Origin: Gemmatimonadaceae bacterium
GTDB lineage: Bacteria > Gemmatimonadota > Gemmatimonadetes > Gemmatimonadales > Gemmatimonadaceae
DNA: 64,000 nucleotides
Reading direction: 5' to 3'
Assembly (NCBI GenBank): GCA_031369265.1
Contig: JANMON010000117.1
Span: 5,985 to 69,984, forward strand
Part shown: piece after piece, positions 8,496-17,633 of the stretch
How the letters are laid out: the number at the start of each line of letters is the position of its first letter
Numbering within the stretch: the first letter of the stretch is position 1
Made by a program: the position numbers and the translations under genes
The notes under the pieces: generated by a model
What the model was told of the DNA's origin: nothing
The model's database searches: none
The model's input: only the letters and a program-made list of their open reading frames with translations

Positions 8496-9626
8496 ATGAC
8501 GATCGCGGCAGCCGTCCTCCTGTGCAGCGTGGCGGTGCTGGCGTGGACCTGGTTTCTCTACCCGGCAGCGATGGTGACGCTGGCGCGTCTGGTCCCTCGC
8601 ACCGCGCCGGCTCCACCAGCGCAGTGGCCACACGTCACGGTCGTGATTGCGTCGCGCGACGAGCCGACTGCGGTGGCCGCGCGCATCGCCGACATCTTCA
8701 CCGCTGACTACCCCGCGGCGCGACTCGATGTCGTGTTGGCGATCGACCCCGGCAGCTCCGTCGAACGGAGTGCGATGCTGCAGGCGCTGGCGGGTGACCG
8801 CGTGCAGGTCGTGCGCGGCGATGCGCCGGGGGGCAAGGCCGCCAGCGTGAACGCTGGTGTGCGCGCTTCCACCGGCGAGGTGCTGGTGTTCACCGATACG
8901 CAGCAACGGTTCGAGTCCGCGGCGATCAGCGCGCTGGTGACCACCCTCCTCTCCGACGCGCGGCACACGGTGGCCGGTGGCGCCCTGTACCTCCCCGGCG
9001 ATCGGCCGGGCGAACGTCGCTCGCCGGTGGAATGGTACTGGGCAGGCGAGCGCGTACTGCGCGCCGCGGAAGCGCGACTGCACTCGACGATCGGTGTCAG
9101 CGGCTCCATCTACGCGATGCGTGCGTCAGCCTGGGTACCCATGCCGGCCGGGCTGATTCTGGACGACGTCTTCGTGCCGATGCAGCAGGTGCTGCAAGGT
9201 GCCCGGGTGGCCTACACGCTGGAGGCCCGCGCCTGGGATGTGCGCCGCACCGATCACGACTCGGAGCGCGTGCGGAAGGTGCGGACGTTGACGGGCAATT
9301 TCCAGCTGGTGGCCTGGCTCACGGTCTTGTTGGTGCCATTCCGGAATCCCGTCTGGCTCCAGTTCGTCAGTCACAAGCTCTTGCGGCTGGCGAGCCCATG
9401 GGTGGCATTGGTCGGAGGGCTCAGTCTGGTGGCACTCCTTGTGCGTATGCTGGCGTCGGTACCGCTGGGTTGGGTACTGGCGGCCGGAACCGGGGTCGTC
9501 GGCGCTGTCATCCTGCCCCCGACGGGTCGTCGCGTTCGCGCGTTGGCCCGCTGGGTCGTGTCGCTCAACGGCGCGCTGGTGCAGGCCTCGATCAACGGTG
9601 TCCGCGGGCGCTGGGACGTCTGGTGA
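8496..9626 (+). CDS. membrane-embedded GT2 glycosyltransferase
   Basis: N-terminal TM, VTVVIASRDEP, GKAASVNAGVRASTGEVLVFTDTQQRF, GSIYAMRASAW, then C-terminal TM helices. Confidence 0.8.
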   Translation: MTIAAAVLLCSVAVLAWTWFLYPAAMVTLARLVPRTAPAPPAQWPHVTVVIASRDEPTAVAARIADIFTADYPAARLDVVLAIDPGSSVERSAMLQALAGDRVQVVRGDAPGGKAASVNAGVRASTGEVLVFTDTQQRFESAAISALVTTLLSDARHTVAGGALYLPGDRPGERRSPVEWYWAGERVLRAAEARLHSTIGVSGSIYAMRASAWVPMPAGLILDDVFVPMQQVLQGARVAYTLEARAWDVRRTDHDSERVRKVRTLTGNFQLVAWLTVLLVPFRNPVWLQFVSHKLLRLASPWVALVGGLSLVALLVRMLASVPLGWVLAAGTGVVGAVILPPTGRRVRALARWVVSLNGALVQASINGVRGRWDVW

Positions 9627-9899
9627 TTCCTTCGGGATCGCCGGCGCTCCTTTGACGTCGTCGGGCGCTCATCTGACATATCCACAGAGGTTCGGGCGTC
9701 GGGATTCCAGCCGGTTGCCGGTTCGTGACTTCGTGCGGTTGGACGCGTCCATATCGCGCAGGTGCGAACCGCTAGATCGGCGGTCGCGATAACGGCACAC
9801 CCGTCGAAAGGCGGGGTCGCAAAGCTACGGGGCTAAGGCACAGAACGTGCTATGCTCGCCGGGCTGCCGAACGGCTATCCCGACGGAGGGACACGCACT

Positions 9900-10295
9900 A
9901 TGGGCGCACGACGCAATTACGTTCGGCATGTAGTGGGACTCTGCACGATCGCCCTCACACTCACGGCGTGTGAAGACCAGGCGATGATTGATCCGACCAG
10001 CACCAAGGCAGAAGCCGTCGCGACGCAGATTGGCGTCTCACGCGACCTCGTCACAATCCGTGAAGGTGAGACGGTTCGCATCCGCGCGGCGGATGGTGCC
10101 ACGGCATCGCGCGACGTCTCGTGGAGCACCGCCGATGCATCGATCGCGGCCGTCGATCTGCGTGGTAATGTGCGCGGTGTGGCAATCGGCACGACCATGG
10201 TCACCGTCGTCTCCCGGAACGGGTCGTCAGACGTCGTGGTGACTGTGCTTCCCAGTGATGGTGAGGTTGTGCGTAATGCAAAGCCGACGCGATAA
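9900..10295 (+). CDS. small lipoprotein with a single Big_2 (bacterial Ig-like) domain
   Basis: ORF 9852..10295. ATG 9900 is preceded by GGAGGG and gives lipobox LTLTAC. VSWSTADASIAAVDLRGNVRGVAIGTTMVTVV..DVVVTVLP is Big_2-like. Confidence 0.75.
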   Translation: MGARRNYVRHVVGLCTIALTLTACEDQAMIDPTSTKAEAVATQIGVSRDLVTIREGETVRIRAADGATASRDVSWSTADASIAAVDLRGNVRGVAIGTTMVTVVSRNGSSDVVVTVLPSDGEVVRNAKPTR

Positions 10296-10299
10296 CGCC

Positions 10300-12507
10300 A
10301 TGATCGCACGCATGATGGGAGCCGCGCTCCTCGCACTCGGCGGCCTCGCGACCCCGGCGCTGGCGCAGAAGGCCCTCACCGCGTCCGGCACCGTCACGAT
10401 CAGTGCCGCTGCCGCGCGGGCGGAGAACCTCGTCTTCACGCAGGCCGTGCCGCGCCTGGTGGTGGCGCAGACATTCCAGATGGCCGTCGGCCAGATCAGC
10501 GACCGGCGCACGGTGGTGCCGGTCAGCGGTGCCACCTGGGACTCATCGGAGCCGCTGGTGGTCTCGGTGAATGCCAGTGGCCTGACCACCGGCCTGCGCG
10601 AAGGCAAGTCGGTCATCACCGCCACCCACAACGGGCAGTCGGTGCGCGTACGCGTGTCGGTGGCGCCAGCGACGACCACAACCACGGTCGCCACGCTCGA
10701 GATCACTCCGGCGGTGGATACCGTCGACATCAACGGCACGCGACAGTACACGCACACCGCGCGCGGCAGCGACGGCCTGGTGATCACCACCGCACCGGTG
10801 TCGTACGTCTCGCGCGACAGCACCATCGCGCACGTCTCCGCCGATGGGCTGCTGGCCGCGCGCAAGTCCGGCAGCGTGACCATCGTCGCGTCGTCGGGCA
10901 CCGTCTCCAGTTCGGCCCTGATGGTCGTGCGCCAGGCTGTCGTCACCCGCCTCAGTGTGCTGCCGGCTCCGATGTCGGTCACCGCGGGTGACAGCAGCGA
11001 AGTCACCGTTGCGGGCACGCGTTCTGACGGCACCACGCTCGATCCTGCGCAACTCACCGTGAAGGCGCTGCGTGGCCGTGTCAGCGGCGGCAAGTACGTC
11101 GCACCGACGACGGCGGGCCCCGACACCATCGTCGTCAGTGCCACCGACGGCACCACCTACAGCAGTCCGGTCACGGTGATGGCGCCGACCACCGTCAGCA
11201 CCCCTGCGGTTGGTGCACCCGCATCACGCATCGCGCTGTCGCTGACGCGCTTCGACGGCGGCAGTGGCACGGTGCAGGTGAACAGCGGCGTGCCACTGGT
11301 GCCGAACCAGCTGCGCCTCGCCGATGTGGCGAAGCTCCGCCTTGTGGTCAACGGCAACGAGGTGCCCGCACGATTCACCGCGCTCAAGGGCCTGCATCGC
11401 GACGGCTCGCTGCGGTCGGTGCTGGTGCAGGCCGCGGTCGCCATCGGCAGCACGCCGGTCGCCGCCGAGCTGCAGCTGGGTGTGGCCTCGACGCTCGCGG
11501 CGCCCGCCGCGGTCGCACCGCAGGCCAAGCCGGCCGCGATGGCCCTGCCCACTGGCGAGCAGCTGCGCGCCAGCATGATCGTCGGTGCCACGCGCTCCAT
11601 CGACTCCACGTCGCTGTCCGGTTACGACACCAAGTTCCGTCAGTTTGCCGACGAGCAGTGGACGCTCTATGGCGCCGACTGGGGCAACGTGAACTACTAC
11701 GATCGCGTGCTGAACCACGTCGCCTTCTGGGCCCGTGGCGGTGAGGTCCTGTACATGCGCCGTGCGCTGGACATGGCGGTGGACTATCGCGACAAGTATC
11801 TGGTGGCCAGCGATTACCTGCCGTCGCCACACTGGTCGCAGCTGGAAGGCCTCGCCGTGCACTATTGGCTGACGGGCGACGAGACCTCGCGCACCACGGT
11901 GCTGAAGACGGCCACGCGTGTCACCGACACGTTCCAGGCCAGCTACATGCTGGACCCGAACTTCGAGTACAACGACGGCCGCATCCAGGCCCGCATGTTG
12001 ATGGCCAGCTCGCTGGCGGTGGTGCTCGAGGGTGACCCGATGTTCCGCACCCGTGCTGCCGGCTACGTGCATGCGATGGTGACCAACATTCTGCCCGACG
12101 GCTCGTACTTCTGGAAGGGCTGGAATGGCCAGGGCAACTTCATGGTCGCGCTGCAGAACGACGCCATGATCAAGTACCTCGAGTGGGTCGCCGACGACAG
12201 CCGCATCGCGCCGACGATCAAGAAGTCGCTCGACTACCTCTGGTCCACGCAGTGGCTGGCCACGGGTCAGGCGTTCCGATACGGCTCCAGCGGCACTACC
12301 GGTGATGCCATCGCACCGGCGCCGGACCTGAACATGTTCTTCGTCGGCGCCTACGCCTGGTACGGCAAGCTGTCTGGCGACACCAGCTACCGCACCAAGG
12401 CCGATACGATTGCGCTGGGCGCAATCGCCGGCGCGTGGCTCAGCGGCACCAAGCAGTTCAACCAGTTCTTCTACAACTCCTACAACTACCTCGCATATCG
12501 CCGGTAG
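10300..12507 (+). CDS. secreted protein: three Big_2 domains, a beta-rich linker and a ~430-aa C-terminal domain of unrecognised family (possible EPS hydrolase/lyase)
   Basis: ORF 10255..12507. ATG 10300 gives signal peptide MIARMMGAALLALGGLATPALAQ. Three repeats of the WxS.D..I..V...G...A...G...I pattern. C-terminal helix-rich region YDRVLNHVAFWARGG..HYWLTGDE..FMVALQNDAMIKYLEW. Confidence 0.7.
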   Translation: MIARMMGAALLALGGLATPALAQKALTASGTVTISAAAARAENLVFTQAVPRLVVAQTFQMAVGQISDRRTVVPVSGATWDSSEPLVVSVNASGLTTGLREGKSVITATHNGQSVRVRVSVAPATTTTTVATLEITPAVDTVDINGTRQYTHTARGSDGLVITTAPVSYVSRDSTIAHVSADGLLAARKSGSVTIVASSGTVSSSALMVVRQAVVTRLSVLPAPMSVTAGDSSEVTVAGTRSDGTTLDPAQLTVKALRGRVSGGKYVAPTTAGPDTIVVSATDGTTYSSPVTVMAPTTVSTPAVGAPASRIALSLTRFDGGSGTVQVNSGVPLVPNQLRLADVAKLRLVVNGNEVPARFTALKGLHRDGSLRSVLVQAAVAIGSTPVAAELQLGVASTLAAPAAVAPQAKPAAMALPTGEQLRASMIVGATRSIDSTSLSGYDTKFRQFADEQWTLYGADWGNVNYYDRVLNHVAFWARGGEVLYMRRALDMAVDYRDKYLVASDYLPSPHWSQLEGLAVHYWLTGDETSRTTVLKTATRVTDTFQASYMLDPNFEYNDGRIQARMLMASSLAVVLEGDPMFRTRAAGYVHAMVTNILPDGSYFWKGWNGQGNFMVALQNDAMIKYLEWVADDSRIAPTIKKSLDYLWSTQWLATGQAFRYGSSGTTGDAIAPAPDLNMFFVGAYAWYGKLSGDTSYRTKADTIALGAIAGAWLSGTKQFNQFFYNSYNYLAYRR

Positions 12508-12540
12508 GCCGGAGGCGGGTCGAACAGGCAGGAAACGACG

Positions 12541-12571
12541 GCGCGCCGGGAGCGAAATGCTCCCGGCGCGC
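12541..12571 (+). terminator. GC-rich hairpin between convergent genes (13-bp stem, 5-nt loop)
   Basis: GCGCGCCGGGAGC-gaaat-GCTCCCGGCGCGC followed by tgttgctttc, 34 nt after the stop at 12507. Confidence 0.6.
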
Positions 12572-12624
12572 TGTTGCTTTCATGCCGTTCGAGCGGCGCT
12601 GACCATCAGCGCCGTGGCATCACT

Positions 12625-13038
12625 TCAGAAGGCGGTCAGCCCGACCGCTTGCTCGGCGGCATCAATGGCCGGGAGCACGGTAACCAACACGTCGGTCGCC
12701 TGGTTCTTCACCGAGACAGTGATGGTGGTGGAGCCGGTGCGGAGGCAGTGAATCTTGCCGTCGGGGTCCACGGTCACGATGCTCGGGTCGTCCGATGACC
12801 AGCGCACGCCGTGCGTCTGCTGCTGGCCCGAGAGCCGGATGATCGCGACTTCGTGTTCGTGCAGTCGTACCAGGTCGTCGGTCACGCGCAGAAGTGGCAC
12901 CTCGGCCACTGCAGCGCTGCGGATCGGGGGGATGGTCGGCGGCTCGTCGCAGGCGGTGAACAGGCCGGCGGAGGCGCACAGCCCCGCAATCCATCGACGG
13001 GTGATGGTGCGGGTGATGGTACGTGTGATGACGGGCAC
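12625..13038 (-). CDS. small lipoprotein with a single Big_2 domain (paralogue of 9900..10295)
   Basis: ORF 12625..13320. In-frame GTG at 13038 is preceded by GAGG and gives VPVITRTITRTITRRWIAGLCASAGLFTAC (lipobox). VRWSSDDPSIVTVDPDGKIHCLRTGSTTITVSV..DVLVTVLP. Confidence 0.7.
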   Translation of the reverse strand: MPVITRTITRTITRRWIAGLCASAGLFTACDEPPTIPPIRSAAVAEVPLLRVTDDLVRLHEHEVAIIRLSGQQQTHGVRWSSDDPSIVTVDPDGKIHCLRTGSTTITVSVKNQATDVLVTVLPAIDAAEQAVGLTAF

Positions 13039-13449
13039 GCGATCCTCAGGAGGTGTGTGTTCGGCAGCCCGGCCAACATGTAGTGCCCCACCATGAGGCA
13101 CCCCGAAGTTCCGTGGCTTTGCGTCTCCGGCTTTCGCCGGATTTGCCTTTGTCGCTCCCGCCCCTGGCGGTCCGCGATCGTGCGTCGAGCCCGCCCATGC
13201 ACCAGAGGTGCAGCGTACCCTGCGTGACGTGCGCGCCCGGAGCAGCCCTCTCTCCGGTGCCAGCACCGGAGACGTCCCGCCCACCACGCGCCTGTCCCAC
13301 CGCACGGGCGACCGCCGCATTCCCTCGGCCGCACGCGCCGCAGCGGAGCACAGATCGTGCCATGCGGGCGCAGTGAGTGATACGTCAGCACCGACCTGCG
13401 ACGGTCGTCAATTGCTAGTTTGCGCTGGCGCATCGAGACGCATCAGCGC

Positions 13450-14643
13450 ATGACCCGCCGACGCGTTCCTGTCGCTGTGCGGTGCACACTGATGTTGCAC
13501 GAGGTACGTGCAGATCGTGATTCATCACCACTGACCCGCCTGCTCACTGACCGCGACGTGACTACCGACATTCGCCCCGCACCTCCTGCCGCGCCGCGCA
13601 GCTATGGCATCGACCTGCTGCGCGGCGTGGCGTGCCTGTCGGTGCTGCTGTTCCACTTCATCGCGCGCGGCGTGGATTCGCGCTGGATCCCCGCGGCACC
13701 ACTGCCGGCGTTCGAGCCGCTCGCGCGCTACGGCTACCTCGGGGTGCACCTGTTCTTCATGATCAGTGGCTACGTGATCCTGCTGTCGGCGCTGGGACGC
13801 AGTCCGCGGGCATTCGTGGCGTCGCGGGTCTCGCGCCTCTATCCGGCGCTGTGGGCCGGCGCCACCATCACGATGCTGGTCACGTGGACGCACGGCGATG
13901 CACGCTTCGCGGTGTCGTGGAGCGACTGGGCCTGGAACATGACGCTCGTGCCGCAGTACGTCGGTGCCAACTTCGTCGATGGCGCATACTGGTCACTGGC
14001 GGTGGAACTGCAGTTCTACGTGGTGGTCTGGCTGGCGCTGGTGGCACGCCTCGAAGCGCGGCTCGACCAGCTGCTGTGGGCCTGGCTGCTCCTCTCCCTC
14101 GTCGACGCCATTAACCCGATGTACCCAGTCGAACGGTGGCTGATCGCGAACTGGGCGCCATTGTTCACGATCGGGGCCGCGTCATTCCTGGCGACGCGGC
14201 ATGGCTGGTCACCCCAGCGCGTCCTGATGTTGCTCGCGTCCACCGCGCTGATGCTCGTGCACGCCTGGCGCGAGGTGACCTACGTCGCGAAGTCGTTCCG
14301 GGGCGCGCCACCGGTGTTCCCGGTGGTCGCTGCAGTCCTGGTGGTGTTCCTGCTGCTCTTCCTCGCGATCAGCACCGGTAAATTGCACGTGCCGAAGACA
14401 CGATGGGCGACCTTGCCGGGAAAACTCACCTATCCCGTCTACCTGATTCACCAGCACGTCGGCTACGTGGTATTCACGATCCTGGTGCAACGACAGCTGA
14501 ACCCGGAACTCGCGCTGCTCATCGTCATTGGCCTGGTCGTCGCGGTCGCGACCGCGATTCATCACCTGGTGGAATTGCCACTGGCGCCGGTACTGCGCCG
14601 GCTGGTCGGGTCGCGGCGCGTCGCGACGGTGACCGCATCGTGA
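13450..14643 (+). CDS. acyltransferase family 3 (OafA-like integral-membrane O-acyltransferase)
   Basis: ORF 13420..14643 (TTG). YGIDLLRGVACLSVLLFHF, GVHLFFMISGYVI, about 10 TM helices. Start uncertain (13450, 13492 or later). Confidence 0.85.
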   Translation: MTRRRVPVAVRCTLMLHEVRADRDSSPLTRLLTDRDVTTDIRPAPPAAPRSYGIDLLRGVACLSVLLFHFIARGVDSRWIPAAPLPAFEPLARYGYLGVHLFFMISGYVILLSALGRSPRAFVASRVSRLYPALWAGATITMLVTWTHGDARFAVSWSDWAWNMTLVPQYVGANFVDGAYWSLAVELQFYVVVWLALVARLEARLDQLLWAWLLLSLVDAINPMYPVERWLIANWAPLFTIGAASFLATRHGWSPQRVLMLLASTALMLVHAWREVTYVAKSFRGAPPVFPVVAAVLVVFLLLFLAISTGKLHVPKTRWATLPGKLTYPVYLIHQHVGYVVFTILVQRQLNPELALLIVIGLVVAVATAIHHLVELPLAPVLRRLVGSRRVATVTAS

Positions 14644-14744
14644 GCCATCCGCGACCGCCAATCGATCTGGCGCACCACCGGCAGTGGTGCGGCTGACTCG
14701 GGTGCCCGGAGACTGTTACCTTCGCCTCGCACCTCCCGTCGTTC

Positions 14745-15431
14745 GTGCATTGCCCGCCCGCTTCCTTCGTGACCCCGCCGGTGTCGAAACTCCTTCGCGC
14801 GCTCAGGAATCCCACCGCAGTGCTCGACCTCGTGCTGGCACTGGCGAAGGGCCATTTCTGCAAGGTGTGGCTTCCGCTGCGCGGCATCCGCTTCAGCGCG
14901 GGGCGCAACCTGAAGGTCTTCGGCACGCTCAAGGTGCGCGGCCCGGGTCGCGTGATCTTCGGTGACAACGTCGTCGTCGGAATGCTGGTCACGCCGTTCA
15001 CCCATGACAGGGATGCGGTGTTGCAGGTCGGCAACCACTGCTTCCTGAATGGCGTCCGCTTCGGCTGCGCGAAGTCGATTTTCGTTGGCGACGACTGCAT
15101 CCTCGCCGAGAGTCGGGTGATGGACTCGAACTTTCACTCGACCCGCGCCGATCGCTGGAATCCGGATGCCCCCGTGCGGATCAAGCCGGTGCGCATCGAA
15201 CGGAATGTCTGGGTCGCCGCCGAAGCGGGGATCCTGCCCGGCACCACGATCGGTGAGAACAGCGTCGTCGGGTTCGGTGCGGTCTGTTCCGGCGCCTATC
15301 CGGCCAACATGCTGATCAGCGGCAATCCGGCGGTGCCGATCCGGCCGATCGAACCTGCGCCCGGCACTCGGTCAGCGGACGATGGCCGCGAGATTCGAGC
15401 TGAAGCGGCCGAGCCGGAGGCCCGTCGGTAG
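14745..15431 (+). CDS. left-handed beta-helix (hexapeptide-repeat) acetyltransferase, WcaF/Maa-like
   Basis: IERNVWVAAEAGILPGTTIGENSVVGFGAVCSGAYPANMLISGNPAVPIR. GTG start. The 3' end overlaps the convergent methyltransferase by 60 nt. Confidence 0.85.
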   Translation: MHCPPASFVTPPVSKLLRALRNPTAVLDLVLALAKGHFCKVWLPLRGIRFSAGRNLKVFGTLKVRGPGRVIFGDNVVVGMLVTPFTHDRDAVLQVGNHCFLNGVRFGCAKSIFVGDDCILAESRVMDSNFHSTRADRWNPDAPVRIKPVRIERNVWVAAEAGILPGTTIGENSVVGFGAVCSGAYPANMLISGNPAVPIRPIEPAPGTRSADDGREIRAEAAEPEARR

Positions 15432-16064
15432 CACCTCCACACGGCCTGGCCACTCCGCACGCAGTTGTGCGGCGTCGATGAAGTCGAGGTTGGCGGCGTG
15501 GGCCCAGTAGTCCAGTCGTGTCCCGGCAATCAGTCGCCGGAAGAGACGCGGATGGTAGTGCACCAGCGGCAGCCGCGTGTGGTGCTCCACCGGGAACCAG
15601 CGATTGGGAATCGTCAGGAAGACACGATCCGCCACGCGCAGGTGTTCGGCGATGAATGCGCGCCGAGCCGCGGCGTCGCCGACATGTTCGAGCACCGCAT
15701 TCGAGCAGGCGATGTCGAAGGAGCGGTCGGGGAACGGCAGGCGCGCACCCGGCGTGATCGGCACGAACGACATCTGCGGAAAGGCGCGGCGCACTGCGTC
15801 ACCACTGCCGAGTCCCGCACCGGTGATCCGGTGCTGCCAGGGATACAGCTTCTCGATGAAGTTCGACGCCTCGTTCTCATCGTCGGAAATGCCGATGTCG
15901 AGGATGCGGGTGGACTCGGTGGGGCGCATGGCCGCCATGAAATGCGCGAACATCGCCAGCCTCGCCTTTTTCAGCAGCGCCAGCGCCCAGGCGTGGTTGG
16001 CGCCGTCGCGGTAGTACACGGAGTCAGTCGAGGGCATCAACGCCCGCGTGTCGCCCATCGTCAT
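15372..16064 (-). CDS. class I SAM-dependent methyltransferase
   Basis: TRILDIGISDDENE (motif I-like), FDIACSNAVLEHVGD (Methyltransf_11-like). Confidence 0.75.
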   Translation of the reverse strand: MTMGDTRALMPSTDSVYYRDGANHAWALALLKKARLAMFAHFMAAMRPTESTRILDIGISDDENEASNFIEKLYPWQHRITGAGLGSGDAVRRAFPQMSFVPITPGARLPFPDRSFDIACSNAVLEHVGDAAARRAFIAEHLRVADRVFLTIPNRWFPVEHHTRLPLVHYHPRLFRRLIAGTRLDYWAHAANLDFIDAAQLRAEWPGRVEVLPTGLRLGRFSSNLAAIVR

Positions 16065-16142
16065 CCCGTCGAGAGGAGGCCGTGTTTTCGGCCCTGGATC
16101 ACACCATATGTCGGCAACGATAGCGACCGTCCCGGCCCGAAG

Positions 16143-17633
16143 CTACGGCCGCGCACCGCGCAGGTTTCGAATCGGCAGGAGCACCGACTCTCGCCCGCAC
16201 TCGGCACCGCGCGCCGCCAGGTAGAGCACGATGTCCTGGTTCACCGTGTCGTGGAACGTGGCGCTGGTGAGGCTGCGGAAGCGCCGGTCCTCGTCACGGA
16301 ATTCATTCATGGGATCGATCGGGTCGCGCTGGATCCGCAGTGCGGTCACCGTAATCAGACCGAGCAGTCCGATGACCGTACCGGCGCTGAGGACACGCCG
16401 CGGGGTGAGCGCGGCAGCCGCATCCAGCCACCGCACGACGATGATCGCGAGACCGAAGAGGATCAGGACGCGGGCCACCGAGACCAGGCGACCACTCAAC
16501 TCCGACCAGGTGAACTTCGCCGCATCGATGCCCACTACCTGCACGATGCCCCACGTGCTCACCGCCGTGACGAGGAGCACCACCGTGACGTACCCGAGTT
16601 CCGGGCCGATCGGCGTCGGCCCGGACACGTCACCGCGCCGTTGGAAGAGGCGCGACGACACCTCGGCGCTGCCGACGGTCAGTGCCAGCGCCACCAGCGT
16701 CAGTCCGATCGGCAGCACGGCACCGCTGGACGACGACTCCACGGAATACGACAGCGGGTTGCCGGACAGGAACAAGAGGCAGACGATCGCGATCGAGAGC
16801 AGCGTCGGCCACTGCCGGAAGAGCTGCGGCCGGACGTAGAGGTCGAAGGGGATCAACAGCAGCATCGTCATCAGCGTGTTGATCTGGTGCACCCCCATCA
16901 TCACCGGCAGGATGCAGTAGCTGAATCGCGACAGGCGTGACCAGCGCAACATCGCGAACGCCGGCAGCAGCAGCAGGTACGCATTGCGCCCGGTATGCCC
17001 GAACGGCGAGAGATTCACGGCCGGATTGAGGAAGAACTGTCCCAGCGCACCGAAGAGCTGCGGCAGGCCGGCGCTCTCCGCCAGTCGCCAGTCGTACCGC
17101 GGCGGCACCAGCGCGAATTCCAGCGCGGCCAGCACCAGCACCAGCAGCGCGAACCCGCGCAGATGCTGGCTCTCACCCCACACCAGCAGCACCAGCAACG
17201 TCACACCGAGGCAGATCAGGAACTGCAGCGTCCATGCCCGGATCAGCGTTGGCAGCACCAGCGTCGAGAACTCGTCGCGGCAGGCGGCGCCGCGCAGTGG
17301 TTCAGTGGTCGCGTGCGCCACACCGACGCTGAAGGCCAGCAGGGGATAGTTCACCGCCGCCTTCGATTTCACCTTCAGGTCCTGCCGGTCGTACCGCGGG
17401 ATCGCTAGCGAATCAGCGCGCGCCAGCAGATCGAGATGGATACCCTGACCCACCGCGCGCTGCTCCGCGCCCAACCCGAGGCGGTAGAAGTAGTAATCGT
17501 CACCGATGCCTTCGGCCCACCGCAGGCAGTACAGCGCCGCGATGCACATGGCGATCGCGGCCAGCATCGCTATCAACCTGGCACCCAGGAGTTCGCGTCC
17601 GGTGGCGGGGGACCCGGAGGAAATCGGCGTCAC
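16143..17633 (-). CDS. polytopic membrane protein of unrecognised family (candidate GT-C-like/GtrC-like glycosyltransferase or polymerase)
   Basis: About 12 predicted hydrophobic helices. GDDYYFY in the first predicted extracytoplasmic loop. Its GTG start overlaps the stop of the upstream GtrB-like GT2 (GTGA, 17630-17633). Confidence 0.6.
   Translation of the reverse strand: MTPISSGSPATGRELLGARLIAMLAAIAMCIAALYCLRWAEGIGDDYYFYRLGLGAEQRAVGQGIHLDLLARADSLAIPRYDRQDLKVKSKAAVNYPLLAFSVGVAHATTEPLRGAACRDEFSTLVLPTLIRAWTLQFLICLGVTLLVLLVWGESQHLRGFALLVLVLAALEFALVPPRYDWRLAESAGLPQLFGALGQFFLNPAVNLSPFGHTGRNAYLLLLPAFAMLRWSRLSRFSYCILPVMMGVHQINTLMTMLLLIPFDLYVRPQLFRQWPTLLSIAIVCLLFLSGNPLSYSVESSSSGAVLPIGLTLVALALTVGSAEVSSRLFQRRGDVSGPTPIGPELGYVTVVLLVTAVSTWGIVQVVGIDAAKFTWSELSGRLVSVARVLILFGLAIIVVRWLDAAAALTPRRVLSAGTVIGLLGLITVTALRIQRDPIDPMNEFRDEDRRFRSLTSATFHDTVNQDIVLYLAARGAECGRESVLLPIRNLRGARP

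Noticed and set aside
12999-13032. Short tandem nucleotide repeat (12-bp unit, about 2.5 copies) that might suggest a repeat array
   Set aside because: It lies inside the signal-peptide n-region of the Big_2 lipoprotein and simply encodes TRTITRTITR. There are no spacers and no CRISPR-like periodicity.
9900-13038. Idea that the paired Big_2 genes flanking a larger gene could be a diversity-generating retroelement target/template arrangement
   Set aside because: There is no reverse transcriptase gene and no near-identical template/variable nucleotide repeat pair. The two genes are diverged paralogues at the protein level only.
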